Shown here: in pieces, positions 62,729 to 64,000 of the stretch | Position numbering within the stretch: position 1 is the first letter of the stretch | Layout of the letters: each line of letters begins with the position of its first letter | NCBI GenBank assembly: GCA_965113315.1 | Contig: OZ220364.1 | Reading direction: 5' to 3' (one strand) | Source: Podarcis vaucheri | Taxonomy: Eukaryota | Length of the DNA: 64,000 bases | Notes under the pieces: generated by a model | The model's database searches: none | What the model saw: only the letters and a program-made list of their open reading frames with translations | What the model was told of the DNA's origin: nothing | Made by a program: the position numbers and the translations under genes

Positions 62729-63233
62729 TATGCTGGCTGGGGCTGATGGAAGTTGGAGTTAACACTATTTGGAGTGTTACATTTCTTCAAGTGGCTACAG
62801 CACATTTCCCCCCAGGGTTACACAATAGATTTTGGACATACTGTGGTTCCAATCTGCGTCGTTCCTGCCTCAGAAGGATGTTCTCTGCCTTTCTTGTTCT
62901 CTGTGCTTTGACTCTCCATCAGGATACAGAACTGGGGATGCAGAACTGGCCTTAGGACCTTGCTAGTTAGTGCAAAGTTTGATCATGTATCCCTGCCTTT
63001 GGTGACTGGGTTAACACATTGTTATTTGGAGGGTTCTTGCACACCCACTGACAGGAGCCTTCGTGGTAGGTGGCCAGTGTTCCAAAAATGGGGAACACTG
63101 TATCTTCTCTGAGATGATGTATGAGGAGGAAAGTGAGAAAAAGCTTTTTTCCATTATTAAGTTTCCATGGGCTCTTGTAATAGAGCAGCCGCTTTCCCAG
63201 CCCTCACTTTCCTTCCTTTATCATCTCTTGCAG

Positions 63234-63285
63234 GAGCTGCTGGTTGTGGATACCGAGCTGGGGAGTGTGAAGGCTCTTACAGAAG
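63234..63285 (+). CDS. APEH-like exon 13
   Basis: ELLVVDTELGSVKALTE; 52 nt. Confidence 0.9.
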
Positions 63286-64000
63286 GTACAATCAAATCTT
63301 AGCTTGCAAAGTCCAGGGGCCGTATTGTGTTTGCTGAGATCTGTCCCAAAGACCAGGCACGTTAAGTGAGAAGTCTCCCATATCCTGTATTTCTGCCCAT
63401 TTCCGAGATCTCAGGGAAAAGGAAGGGGCTAGAAGGCTAAAGCCAAGCTCTTCCACTTCCTGTATGCTGGCTTACATTCTCAGCAAGAGGCAGCCACTAC
63501 TAATCCATGCCAGATCTAGTTCCCTTGCTTTATAAGGGGTCTTTTTTTGAGGCAAATGAAGCTAGAATATTGGTGCTAGGCTACTACTTCTGTTCATTGT
63601 GTACATATTTTCTATATGTGTATAGAACTGGCCTGAGCTACATTTTGCATCATTCCTCGCTGGGGCCAAAAAGCCTCCTGAGTGTTGCTTGCTTGCTTGT
63701 TCTCCTATGAGGCAACCAGCACTGTGTCACATCTGTAGTTGTAACCCATTAATTGTGTGGCACCTAGATGTTTTCCATTGAGGTTATGATCCCAATGTGG
63801 GGTCCCACTGAGATTGGATACGAATGTACCCCTGAGATACATCAGTAAAAAGCTCTGGCAGATCCTTCGATGCTGTTCAGAATGAGAAGGAATTCTGTGA
63901 TCCTATGAGTAGGCTTCTTTGCTTATGCTTCAGCTCCCAGGAGACTCTTTCAGAGAGTTGGGCCTTTCATCACTTGCTCCATTCAGAACATGGTTCCTGT

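Larger units (their letters stand above)
49822..63285 (+). other. APEH-like tandem paralogue, exons 1-13; runs off the window before the catalytic domain
   Basis: 13 GT-AG exons, same phases as APEH exons 1-13, no stop or frameshift, clear protein homology. Confidence 0.92.

Overview
Vertebrate genomic DNA, most likely a lacertid lizard (inferred from the SINE/LINE/MITE content), not prokaryotic. Three + strand genes: (1) the 3' part of BSN (Bassoon), with 5 coding exons at 10913-16754, two probable post-stop exons and a ~5 kb 3' UTR ending near 24767; (2) a complete 22-exon APEH (acylamino-acid-releasing enzyme, 30283-45567, 728 aa by my splice reconstruction, Ser/Asp/His triad intact); (3) a diverged tandem APEH paralogue with the same intron phases, of which exons 1-13 (49822-63285) are in the window. 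Introns carry CR1 and L2 LINE remnants, tRNA- and 5S-derived SINEs, hAT and Tigger/mariner MITEs, a solo LTR and a Penelope fragment with a minimal hammerhead ribozyme. The most unusual object is a very young 1.37 kb ORF-less element (47977-49343) with split direct repeats (Ngaro/DIRS-like tyrosine-recombinase retroelement architecture), extensive RNA fold-back and two OCT4-SOX2 composite motifs, inserted in the paralogue's CpG-island promoter. BSN's post-stop exons also stay open in two reading frames, hinting at unannotated C-termini. All calls are by eye; no searches were run.
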